A DNA stretch of 64,000 bases. Source: Polyangiales bacterium. GTDB taxonomy: Bacteria; Myxococcota_A; Polyangia; Polyangiales; JADJQN01. The stretch spans positions 128,001-192,000 of the forward strand of contig CAXNJO010000005.1 in assembly GCA_964202905.1 (NCBI GenBank), written 5' to 3'. The notes under the pieces were generated by a model. The model made no database searches. It saw only the letters and a list, made by a program, of their open reading frames with translations, and had not been told where the DNA came from. Every line of letters starts with the position of its first letter. Within the stretch, counting starts at the first letter, position 1. This document shows positions 20,176 through 31,388 of the stretch, piece by piece. The position numbers were made by a program, and so were the translations under genes.

Positions 20176-21294
20176 ATGAAGCGTCTCGTCCTCCCGGTCC
20201 TCGTGTCCTGCGTGCTCAGCCTCGCGGGCGCGCTCGCGCTCTCGCGCCCCCGCGTCGCCGCGCAGGACCACCCCGACCCGACGCGCCCCGCCGCCCCGGA
20301 CGCGGGCGGGCCCACGTCGCCCGCGGAGCAGGCGCGCCGCGATGCCGTTCTCGCGCGGGTCGGCGACGTCCGCATCACCGTCGGCGAGGTCGAGGACGCG
20401 CTCAACGCGCAGTCGCCCTTCCTGCGGGCGCGCTACCGTGATCCCGCGAAGCGCCTCGAGTTCGTGGACAACATGGTCCGCTTCGAGCTGCTCGCGCGCG
20501 AGGCCGTCAAGCGCCACTACGACCGCGATCCGGAGGTCCTCCGCACGGTCAAGCAGAACGCCGTGCAGACCTTGATCCGCAAGGAGTTCGACGAGCGCAT
20601 CACCGTCGAGACGATCCCGCAGGCCGACGTCGACGCCTACTACGCCTCGCACGCGAGCGAGTTCAACCGCGCCGAGATGCGCCGCGCGAGCCACCTCCTC
20701 GTCGCGACGCGCGAAGAGGCCGAGCGCCTCGCCCGCGAGGCGGCCACCGCCGACGTCCGCACCTTCCGCGACCTCGCCCGCGAGCACAGCCTCGACGTCG
20801 AGACGAAGCTGCGCGGCGGCGACCTCCGCTACTTCACTCGCGCGCGGCAGCCCGACCCGGCGACGACGCCCTCGGCCGACGCCGAGGTCGTTCAGGAGCT
20901 CGTCGACGCGGCCTTCGCGCTGCGCGAAGTGGGCGACACGAGCGGCCCCGTGCAGGTCGGCGACAAGTGGAGCGTCGTGAAACTCACCGGCCTGCGCCCC
21001 GCCGAGACCCGCACCGTCGCCGACGCGGGTCCCTCGATCCGCATGCGCCTCTGGCGCGAGCGTCGGCAGAAGGCGCTCGACGACTTCGTCACCGCGCTGC
21101 GCGCGCGTCTCCGCCCCGAGGTGCACCCCGAGCGCGTCGACCCGATCCGCCTCGACGCGCTCCCCGCGGGCGCGGGGCTCCCCGGCTTCCCCGGCGAGGG
21201 CGGCGACGCGCGCGGCCACGAGAAGACCGCGCCGCGCGGCCCCGACGAAGCGCACGGCGGCGGCACCGGCGGCGAGACGCCGGCCCCCCGCTGA
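20176..21294 (+). CDS. Exported parvulin/PpiC-type peptidyl-prolyl isomerase (PrsA/SurA-like)
   Basis: Signal peptide; RRASHLLV, FRDLAREHSLD..GGDLRYF, AAFAL..SGPVQ. Confidence 0.88.
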   Translation: MKRLVLPVLVSCVLSLAGALALSRPRVAAQDHPDPTRPAAPDAGGPTSPAEQARRDAVLARVGDVRITVGEVEDALNAQSPFLRARYRDPAKRLEFVDNMVRFELLAREAVKRHYDRDPEVLRTVKQNAVQTLIRKEFDERITVETIPQADVDAYYASHASEFNRAEMRRASHLLVATREEAERLAREAATADVRTFRDLAREHSLDVETKLRGGDLRYFTRARQPDPATTPSADAEVVQELVDAAFALREVGDTSGPVQVGDKWSVVKLTGLRPAETRTVADAGPSIRMRLWRERRQKALDDFVTALRARLRPEVHPERVDPIRLDALPAGAGLPGFPGEGGDARGHEKTAPRGPDEAHGGGTGGETPAPR

Positions 21295-21371
21295 GCGCGC
21301 CCGGTTAAGCACGCCGCGCGCGCTGGCGACCGTTGACCCCACCCGACGTGCGCGCGTACCTTGAGCCGCGC

Positions 21372-22925
<1,554 letters not shown>

Positions 22926-22938
22926 CCGCGCCGCGCGC

Positions 22939-23325
22939 TCACGCGACGAGCCGCACGAGCGCCGCGCACCCGCTCACCGCCGCGAGCACGACGAGCGCGG
23001 TGCGCACACGCCCCGCCGCGCGCGGTGACGCGATCCAGGGCTGCGGCGCCGTCCCCGCCGCGATCGCGCCGAGCGCGAGCAGCGCGCCCGCGACGACGCA
23101 CGCGAGGTCGACGCGTCGCGACGCCGACCACGCCGCGCGGGCGAGCGCGAGCTCCGCCGCGTCGCGCACGAGCCACACGCAGAAGAACGCGCCGACGACG
23201 CGCGCCGAGCGCTGCAGCGACGCGCGACGCGACGCGTCGGCCCCGCGCGACGCGCGCACCCCGGCCGCGACGAGCAGCGCCGCGACGAGCGTGACGAGGC
23301 CGCCGATCGTGCGCGCCGCGAGCAT
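22939..23325 (-). CDS. Hypothetical small membrane protein
   Basis: About four hydrophobic segments; fills the gap between the EBP gene and the acyl-CoA dehydrogenase promoter. Confidence 0.45.
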   Translation of the reverse strand: MLAARTIGGLVTLVAALLVAAGVRASRGADASRRASLQRSARVVGAFFCVWLVRDAAELALARAAWSASRRVDLACVVAGALLALGAIAAGTAPQPWIASPRAAGRVRTALVVLAAVSGCAALVRLVA

Positions 23326-23420
23326 GCCGCGGCAGCATGGCAGAGCCGCGCGCGACAGGCATCGTGCGGCAGCGCGGCGGCGCCTCGCGACGCTTGCAGA
23401 CGGCGACGTGCTCCGGTAAG

Positions 23421-23434
23421 TGAATGGCCATTCA
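23421..23434. promoter_or_regulatory. Perfect 14-bp palindrome TGAATGGCCATTCA, candidate TetR-type operator
   Basis: AT-rich self-complementary site ~60 bp upstream of the acyl-CoA dehydrogenase ATG, just downstream of a TTGCAG -35-like hexamer (23394). Confidence 0.6.
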
Positions 23435-23492
23435 GCGGACCGCGGGTGCACACGCCGTGCGCCACGCGCGCGTCCGGAGGAGAGCACAGCCC

Positions 23493-24668
23493 ATGGCCGT
23501 CGCGACGCCGTTCACCGAGGAGCACGACCTCTTCCGCAAGCAGGTGCGCCAGTTCGTCGAGAAGGAGCTCGCCCCGCACGCGAACCAGTGGGAGGAGGAC
23601 GAGCTCTTCCCGAACTGGGTGTTCAAGCGCGCGGGCGAGCTCGGCATCCTCGGCGCGCACTACCCGGAGGACGTCGGCGGCGGCGGCGGCGACTACTGGT
23701 TCAGCGTGGCGAAGAGCGAGGAGCTCGTGCGCATCGGCGCCGCCGGCGTGGGCATGGGCCTGCTCGTGCAGAGCGACATGGCGACGCCCTGCATCAACGA
23801 CCTCGGCACGGCGGAGCAGAAGGCCGAGTTCCTCGCGCCCGCGCTCGCGGGCGACAAGATCGCGGCCCTCGGCGTGAGCGAGCCGGGCGCGGGCTCCGAC
23901 GTCGCGGGCCTCCGCACCACCGCGAAGAAGGTCGGCGGCGACTACGTCATCAACGGCAGCAAGACCTACATCACCAACGGCACGCGCGCCGACTTCGTCA
24001 CGCTGCTCTGCAAGACGAACCCCGACGCGGGCCACATGGGGATTTCGATCTTCCTCGTGCCGACCAACCTGCCTGGATTCTCCATCTCGAAAAAGCTGAA
24101 GAAGATGGGCAATTGGGCGAGCGACACCGCGGAGCTCTTCTTCGAGGACGTCGTCGTGCCGCAGCGCTATCTGCTCGGCGAAGAGGGCATGGGATTCGTC
24201 TATCTCATGCAGAACTTCCAGTCCGAGCGCCTCATCGCCTCGACGAGCGCCGTCGCCGGCGCGCGCCTCGCGCTCGATCGCTCGGTCGCGTGGGGTCGCG
24301 AGCGCCAGGCCTTCGGCAAGCCGCTCATGAAGCGCGAGCTCTGGCAGCACAAGTTCGTCGACCTCTACACGAAGCTCGAGGCCGCGCAGGCGTTCTCGTA
24401 CAGGGCCGTCGAGCACTACAACCACGACAAATACGTGGCGAAGGGCCCCGTCAGCATGGAGACGACGAAGCTCATCTCCATGGCGAAGGTCTTCGTCGGC
24501 GATCTCTCGGGCGAGATCATGGACACGTGCGTGCAGTTCCACGGCGGGATGGGCTACCTCGAGGACCTCTGGGTCTCGCGCGCCTACCGCGACTCGCGCC
24601 TCTTCCGCATCGGCGGCGGGACGACCGAGGTCATGCGCTACGCGATCGCCAAGATTCTAGGGTTCTGA
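23493..24668 (+). CDS. Acyl-CoA dehydrogenase
   Basis: ALGVSEPGAGSDV, INGSKTYITNG, DTAELFFEDV, ERQAFGKPL, QFHGGMGY, IGGGTTEVM. Confidence 0.95.
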   Translation: MAVATPFTEEHDLFRKQVRQFVEKELAPHANQWEEDELFPNWVFKRAGELGILGAHYPEDVGGGGGDYWFSVAKSEELVRIGAAGVGMGLLVQSDMATPCINDLGTAEQKAEFLAPALAGDKIAALGVSEPGAGSDVAGLRTTAKKVGGDYVINGSKTYITNGTRADFVTLLCKTNPDAGHMGISIFLVPTNLPGFSISKKLKKMGNWASDTAELFFEDVVVPQRYLLGEEGMGFVYLMQNFQSERLIASTSAVAGARLALDRSVAWGRERQAFGKPLMKRELWQHKFVDLYTKLEAAQAFSYRAVEHYNHDKYVAKGPVSMETTKLISMAKVFVGDLSGEIMDTCVQFHGGMGYLEDLWVSRAYRDSRLFRIGGGTTEVMRYAIAKILGF

Positions 24669-24695
24669 TTTCAGGCCGATACGACAGGAGATCTC

Positions 24696-25934
24696 ATGGG
24701 TAACGCATTCATCATCGACGCGGTCCGCACGCCGCGCGGGCGCGGGAAGAAGGACGTGGGCGCGCTCTCCGGGGTGCACCCGGGCGAGCTGCTCGGGCAG
24801 ACGCTCGACGTGCTCGTCGAGCGCACGGGCGTGCACGCGGCCGACATCGAGGACGTCGTGATGGGCACCGTCTCGCAGGTGGGCGAGCAGGGCTCGTGCA
24901 TCGCGCGCAACGCGGTGCTCGCGTCGAGCCGCATCCCGGTCGAGGTGAGCGGCGTGTCGCTCAACCGCTACTGCGGCTCGGGCCTGCAGGCCGTGAACTT
25001 CGCGGCGATGGGCGTGATGGCGGGCGCTCAGGGGCTCGCGATCGGCGGCGGCGTCGAGAGCATGTCGCGCGTCGCGATGGGCTCGGACGGCGCGGGCATG
25101 GACGGCAACAACCTCGCGCTGCGCCAGAAGCACTTCCAGGTACCGCAGGGCATCAGCGCGGATCTCATCGCCACGCGCGAGGGCTTCACGCGCGCGCAGC
25201 TCGACGAGTTCGCCCTGGCCTCGCAGCACAAGGCCGAGGCCGCGCAGAAGGAGGGCCGCTTCGCGCGCTCGATCTTCCCGGTGAAGGATCCGGCGACGGG
25301 CAAGGTCTTGCTCGAGGTCGACGAGTACCCGCGCCACGGCGCGACGATCGACGCGCTCGCCGGGCTCAAGGCCGCCTTCGAGAAGATGGGCGCGATGCCC
25401 ATCGGCCCGAACGGCGAGACGATGGACCAGATCGCCCTCGCCCGTTATCCCGAGGTGAGCGCGATCCAGCACCTGCACACGCCCGGCAACGCGTCGGGCA
25501 TCGTCGACGGCGCGTGCGCGGTGCTGCTCGCCTCGGACGACTACGTGAAGGCCCACGGCCTCAAGCCGCGCGCCCGCATCCGCGCGATGGCGACCGCCGG
25601 CGCCGAGCCCGTCATCATGCTCACCGCGCCCGCGCCCGCGTCGAAGCGCGCGCTCGAGAAGGCGGGCATGACGGCGAAGGACATCGACCTCTGGGAGATC
25701 AACGAGGCCTTCGCGACGGTCCCCCTCGAGACGATGCGCCGCCTCGACATCGACCCGGCGAAGGTGAACGTGAACGGCGGCTCGATCGCGCTCGGTCACC
25801 CGCTCGGCGCGACGGGCGCGATGCTCCTCAACATCGCGCTCGACGAGCTCGAGCGCCGCGGCCTGCAGACGGCGCTCATCACGCTCTGCATCGGCGGCGG
25901 CATGGGCATCGCGACGATCATCGAGCGCGTCTGA
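24696..25934 (+). CDS. Acetyl-CoA C-acyltransferase (thiolase)
   Basis: [15 protein letters not shown] (catalytic Cys), [20 protein letters not shown]. Confidence 0.96.
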   Translation: MGNAFIIDAVRTPRGRGKKDVGALSGVHPGELLGQTLDVLVERTGVHAADIEDVVMGTVSQVGEQGSCIARNAVLASSRIPVEVSGVSLNRYCGSGLQAVNFAAMGVMAGAQGLAIGGGVESMSRVAMGSDGAGMDGNNLALRQKHFQVPQGISADLIATREGFTRAQLDEFALASQHKAEAAQKEGRFARSIFPVKDPATGKVLLEVDEYPRHGATIDALAGLKAAFEKMGAMPIGPNGETMDQIALARYPEVSAIQHLHTPGNASGIVDGACAVLLASDDYVKAHGLKPRARIRAMATAGAEPVIMLTAPAPASKRALEKAGMTAKDIDLWEINEAFATVPLETMRRLDIDPAKVNVNGGSIALGHPLGATGAMLLNIALDELERRGLQTALITLCIGGGMGIATIIERV

Positions 25935-25983
25935 CGCGGTCGCGCGGCACGCGCCGCGCAGGGCCGAGAGACGCCACGCAGGA

Positions 25984-26016
25984 AGGGGCCCCGGGGCGAC
26001 ACGCCTCGGGGCCTCT
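25984..26016. terminator. GC-rich hairpin between convergent genes (probable terminator)
   Basis: aggggccccggggcg-aca-cgcctcggggcctct, a 15-bp stem with two G:U pairs, followed by cgtgttt. Confidence 0.65.
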
Positions 26017-26081
26017 CGTGTTTGCAGCGCGGATGATGCGAGGCCGCGGACGCGACGCGTGACGCGGCGTCGCGGCCACGC

Positions 26082-29000
26082 TCAGCGACGCCGACGGCGC
26101 GCGAGGGCGAGCGCGACGAGCGCGACGGCGAGCGCCCCGGAGAGCCCGCGCCCTGCGTGACCCGCGCCGGCCGCGCGGCACCCGCAGTCCCCGGAGACGG
26201 TGCGCACGTCCGGGCCGCCCGCGTCCGCGCCGCCGTCGCGCGAAGCGTCCGCATCCCCCGCGTCCGCGGCGCCCGCATCGGGCACGCCCGCGTCGGTCTG
26301 CGCGTCGCAACGGGACATGCTCGTGCAGTCGTCCGCGGCGTCGAACGCCGTCCCCGTCCCGTAGATCGCACAGCTCACCATCATCGACGACACCATCGCC
26401 GCAGAAGGCGTTCTTGCAGGTGGTGCGGCACGCGCCCGTGCGTCGTGTCGGAGTTCGCGTCACCGGCGTCGCACGCCTCGCCCGCGTCGAGGACTGCGTC
26501 GCCGCAGAACGCGCGCACACACCGCGTGCGGCACGCATCGGGCCGTCATATCGGAGTTGGCATCCGCGTCGTCGCACTCCTCGCCTGCGCCCGTGTCGAC
26601 GAGCCCATCGCCGCACGTCGCCGAGCAGACGCTCGCCGCGCCCGTGAGCTCGAAGCACGCCCAGCCCGGCTCGACGTCACACGCCTCGCTGCACCCGTCG
26701 CCCGGCGCGAGGTTCCCGTCGTCGCACGCCTCGCCGAGGCCGCGCAGCCCGTTTCCGCAGCGCGAGGTGCACGCCGCCTCCGGCGTCGCGCGCGCGAAGC
26801 CCGGCGCGCAGTCGCACACGAACGGCCCACCGAGCACGTTCACGCAGACCTCGTCGAGCTCGCAGCGCCCCGTCCCGTCCGCGCACTCGTCGATGTCGGT
26901 GCAGATCAGGAGACCCGCTCCCTCGTAACCCGGGTTGCACGTGCACGTGTACGCGCCGACCGTGTTGGTGCAGGCGGCGAGCGGCGAGCACTCGTTGAGC
27001 CCGACCGCCGCGCACTCGTCGACGTCCGTGCAGGACATGCCCGTGCCCTCGTAGCCGGCGTCGCAGGCGCAGGTGAACCAGCCGTCGATGTTCGTGCAGG
27101 TCGCGTTCGCGTCGCAGTCGTCCGTGCCCGCAGCGCACTCGTCGACGTCGGTGCAGGTGCCGCCGAAGACCGGCGCGACGTAGCCGGACGGACACGAGCA
27201 GAAATACTGCGTCGGCGGCCCCTGCGAGCAGTTGCCGACACCGCACGGCAGCGACGCGCACTCGTTGATGTCGACGCAGCGCCCCTCCTCCGCGAAATAT
27301 CCGTCCGGGCAGGTGCACGCATACGAACCCGCGCTGTTCGCGCAGCTCCCGGGCGCGCAAGGCGTCCCTGTGACGCATTCATTGACGTCGGCGCATGCAC
27401 CGCCCGCCGCCGGCGCCGCATAACCCGTGTTGCACACGCACGCATACGTCCCGGGCAGATTCGAGCAGGCCACTCGCTCGGCTCCGCACGTGGTCGCCGT
27501 CGCGCACTCGTTCACGTCCGTACACGCGCCGCCCGCCGCGGGCGCCGTGTAGCCCGACGCGCACGTGCACGTGTATCCGCCCGCCGTGTTCGTGCAGCCC
27601 GTCCGCGCCGTGCCGCACGTCGACGACGTCGCACACTCGTTGACGTCCGTGCACGTGCCACCCGTCCCGGGGCCGGTGTACCCCGCCGGGCAGGTGCAGG
27701 CGTACGTCCCGGCCTGGTTCGCGCAGCTGCCCGCGCCGCAGGGTGCGCCGCTCGCGCACTCGTTCACGTCCGTACACGCGCCGCCCGTCGCGGGCGCTGC
27801 GTAGCCCGCGGCGCACCCGCACGTGTAGCTGCCCGCCGTGTTCGTGCAGCCCGTCCGCGCCGTGCCGCACGTCGTCGGCGACGCGCACTCGTTCACGTCC
27901 GTACACGCGCCGCCCGTCGCGGGCGCCGTGTAGCCCGACGCGCACCCGCACGTGTAGCTGCCCGCCGTGTTCGTGCAGCCCGTCCGCGCCGTGCCGCACG
28001 TCGTCGGCGACGCGCACTCGTTCACGTCCGTACACGCGCCGCCCGTCGCGGGCGCCGTGTAGCCCGACGCGCACCCGCACGCGTAGCTGCCCGCCGTGTT
28101 CGTGCAGCCCGTCCGCGCCGTACCGCACGTCGACGCCGTCACGCACTCATCCACGTCCGTACACGCGCCGCCCGTCGCGGGCGCCGTGTAGCCCGACGCG
28201 CACGCGCACGTGTAGCTGCCCGCCGTGTTCGTGCAGCCCGTCCGCGCCGTGCCGCACGTCGACATCGTCGTGCACTCGTTCACGTCCGTGCACGCGCCGC
28301 CAGAGGCCGGGGCCGTGTAGCCCGCCGCGCAACCACACGCATAGCTGCCCGCGGTGTTCGTGCAGGACGTCCGCGCCGTGCCGCACGTCGACATCGTCGC
28401 GCACTCGTTCACATCACTACAGGTGCCGCCCGTCATCGGGCCCGTGTAGCCGGACGGGCACGCGCACGCGTAGGTTCCGGCGCTGTTCGTACACGTCCCG
28501 GCGCCGCACGGCGTCCCCGCCGTGCACTCGTTGACGTCCACGCAGGTCGCGCTGAGCCCGCTGCCAGAGCCGCTGAACCCCGCAGCGCAACCACAGCTGT
28601 AGCCGCCCGTCGTGTTCGTGCAGGTGTTGGTCGCCGAAAGGTTGCGGCCGCAGGTCGTCATCGTGGCGCACTCGTTGACGTCCGCGCACGTCGTGCCGTT
28701 GAACGAGTATCCCGCCGGACAGGAGCAGGAGTAGGAACCCGCGGCGTTCGTGCACGTGCCGAGTCCGCAGGGCGCGCCGCTCGCGCACTCGTTGACGTCA
28801 ACGCACGTCGTGCCATTCGACGTGTAACCCGTGGGACACGTGCACGTGTAGCTGCCAGCCGTGTTCGCGCAGCTGCCGACACCACAGGGCGAACCGCTCG
28901 CGCACTCGTTGATGTCCGTGCAGCCGGTGCCGCCCGACGCCGCCGTCCGCCCGTTACCGGTATAACCCGCGATGCACGCGCACGTGTAGCTCGTTGGCGT

Positions 29001-31345
29001 GTCGGTGCAGAGAGCGAGCGTCGCCACGCAGACGTTCATCCCCGTCGTGCACTCGTTGTCGACGACGCAGGTCGTGCCGTTGAAGCCATAACCGGCCGCG
29101 CACGTGCACGAATAACTGCCCGTCGCGTTCGTGCAGGTTCCGTAGCCGAGGTTGGCATTGCAGGTCGTCGCGGTGCTGCACTCGTTCACGTCGACGCAGC
29201 TCGCCGTGAGCCCGCTGCCCGAGGCCGTGAAGCCCGTGCCGCACGCGCAGGTGTACCCACCGCTCGTGTCCGTGCAGGCGTTGGCGCTCCCGCCGGTGAG
29301 CGTGCGACCACACCGCGAGGCCGTCGCGCACTCGTTGATGTTCACGCACGTCACGCCGTTCGACGAATACCCGGCGGGACACCCGCACGTGTACGAACCC
29401 GCCGTGTTGGTACACGTGCCGACGCCGCAGGGGTTCGACGGCGAACATTCGTTGTTGTCCACGCACGTCCCGCCCGTCGGACGTGTAGCCCGACGGGCAA
29501 CCGCACGTGTACGAGCCCGCCGTGTTCGTGCACGTCCCCGCGCCGCACGGCGTGCCCGACGTACACTCGTTGTTGTCCACGCACGTCACGCCGTTGGACG
29601 TGTAGCCCGACGGGCAACCGCACGTGTACGAGCCCGCCGTGTTCGTGCACGTCCCCGCGCCGCACGGCGTGCCCGACGTGCACTCGTTGTTGTCCACGCA
29701 CGTCACGCCCGTTGGACGTGTAGCCCGACGGGCAACCGCACGTGTACGAGCCCGCCGTGTTCGTGCACGTCCCCGCGCCGCACGGCGTGCCCGACGTACA
29801 CTCGTTGTTGTCCACGCACGTCCCGCCCGACGACGTGTAACCCGACGGACAACCGCACGTGTACGAGCCCGCCGTGTTCGTGCACGTCCCCGCGCCGCAC
29901 GGCGTGCCCGACGTACACTCGTTGTTGTCCACGCACGTCCCGCCCGACGACGTGTAACCCGACGGACAACCGCACGTGTACGAGCCCGCCGTGTTCGTGC
30001 ACGTCCCGACGCCGCATGGCGTGCCCGACGTACACTCGTTGTTGTCCACGCACGCCCCGCCCGACGGCGGTGCGGTGTAGCCAGACGCGCACGCACAGAC
30101 ATAACTGCCCGTCGTGTTCGAACAGCCCGTGCGAGCCGAGCCGCACGTCGAGCCCAAGAGACACTCGTTCGTGTCCGTGCACGTGAGCGAGGCCCCCGTC
30201 CCCGTCGCCTCGAACCCGCTGACACACGAGCACGAGTAGGCTCCCGTCGTGTTGTTGCAGGTCCCGTAGCCGACGTGCGCGTTGCAGCGCGTCGAAGCAC
30301 TGCACTCATTGGTGTCCACGCAGGTCGCGCTCAGCCCCGTACCGGAGACCTGGAATCCGCTGCTGCACGAGCACGAATAACTGCCGGAAGAGTCCGTACA
30401 GGTGCCGTAACCGAGGTTGGCGTTGCACGTCGCCGATGCGCTGCACTCGTTGATGTTCCGACAAGTCTCTGCGAAGCCCCCCGAATAGACCCCCGAATAG
30501 ACCTCTTCGAAGCCGGCGCCACACGTGCAGTCGTAGTAGCCGCCGTATTCCGCACAAGAATTGGCGCTGCCGTTCGTCAACGTGCGACCGCAGGTCGCGA
30601 GCGTCGCGCACTCGGCGATATCCGTGCAGCCGCTCGCGCTCGCATCCGCGACACCGTCGGAGGGCCAATCATAACGCCCGTTCCCGGAGTAGCCCGAGGG
30701 GCAGCTGCAATCGAAACCGAAGTAGTAGGTTCCCGTCGGATCGACGCCCGCGCTGAGACGCGTCTCCGAGTCGTCCTCGGTGCAGATCGCACCCAGCGAT
30801 GTGTAGCAATTCGTGAAGGGGTACGTCCCTGAAGGCAATTGACTGACGAGAAGGCACTCGCTCGTCGAATAGAGCGTCGGTTCGCCCGGTCGCGTGGCAT
30901 AGGCCGACTGAGCCGTGGTGTAGCCCGGAGAGGGGATCGACCACGACGACCCCTGATAGACCAGCTCGTGCCAGTTGGGTTTCCCGTCAGCGTCCGAATC
31001 TTCGTTGCGGAGCGCGGCGTCCCACGTGTAGCCGGAATGCGACCCCGCGGCGCGCGTCCACGTCCCCTGGAAGTCGCGGCCGAAGATGTTCCAGCAATAT
31101 CCGTAGGGGTTGTTGGTCCCCTCGCCCGGCCCACAAGCACAGTCACCCGTGCACGTCAGGCCCTCGGTGCAGCAGCCCTGACCACCGCTCGCGTTGTTGT
31201 GGCAGGTGAGGCAGCCGTGCGCATACGCGTTGGGCACCAGGTCCAGGTAACCGGGGTACGCAGCTGCGGTATTGGCGACCGCCCAGATCGAGGCGAACAC
31301 GAGCACGAACCCGACCCGGTTTGCCAAACATCGCCACATCGTCAT
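26082..31345 (-). CDS. MYXO-CTERM surface protein 1: signal peptide, CxxCH temptin-like head, ~30 cbEGF repeats, myxobacterial Cys-rich (DUF4215-like) repeats (~1750 aa; frameshifts at ~29710, ~29478, ~26370-26530)
   Basis: Joined from ORFs 29351..31426, 28954..30309 (part), 26460..29462, 25918..26658 (part) and 26082..26396. Head [22 protein letters not shown]; DxNEC..CxNxxGSYxCxC repeats; [11 protein letters not shown]; tail [26 protein letters not shown]. Confidence 0.85.
27756..28410. repeat. 129-bp (43-aa EGF) coding tandem repeat, about 5 copies
   Basis: Unit [43 protein letters not shown]; anchors at 27885 and 28014. Confidence 0.85.
29449..30054. repeat. 117-bp (39-aa EGF) coding tandem repeat, 5 copies; two units are 118 bp (the frameshifts)
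   Basis: (c/t)tcgttgttgtccacgcac at 29448, 29566, 29683, 29801, 29918 and 30035. Confidence 0.9.
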
Positions 31346-31388
31346 TCGCATTGCTCCCCCCGACACGGCGACGTCGCCGGAAGACCTC

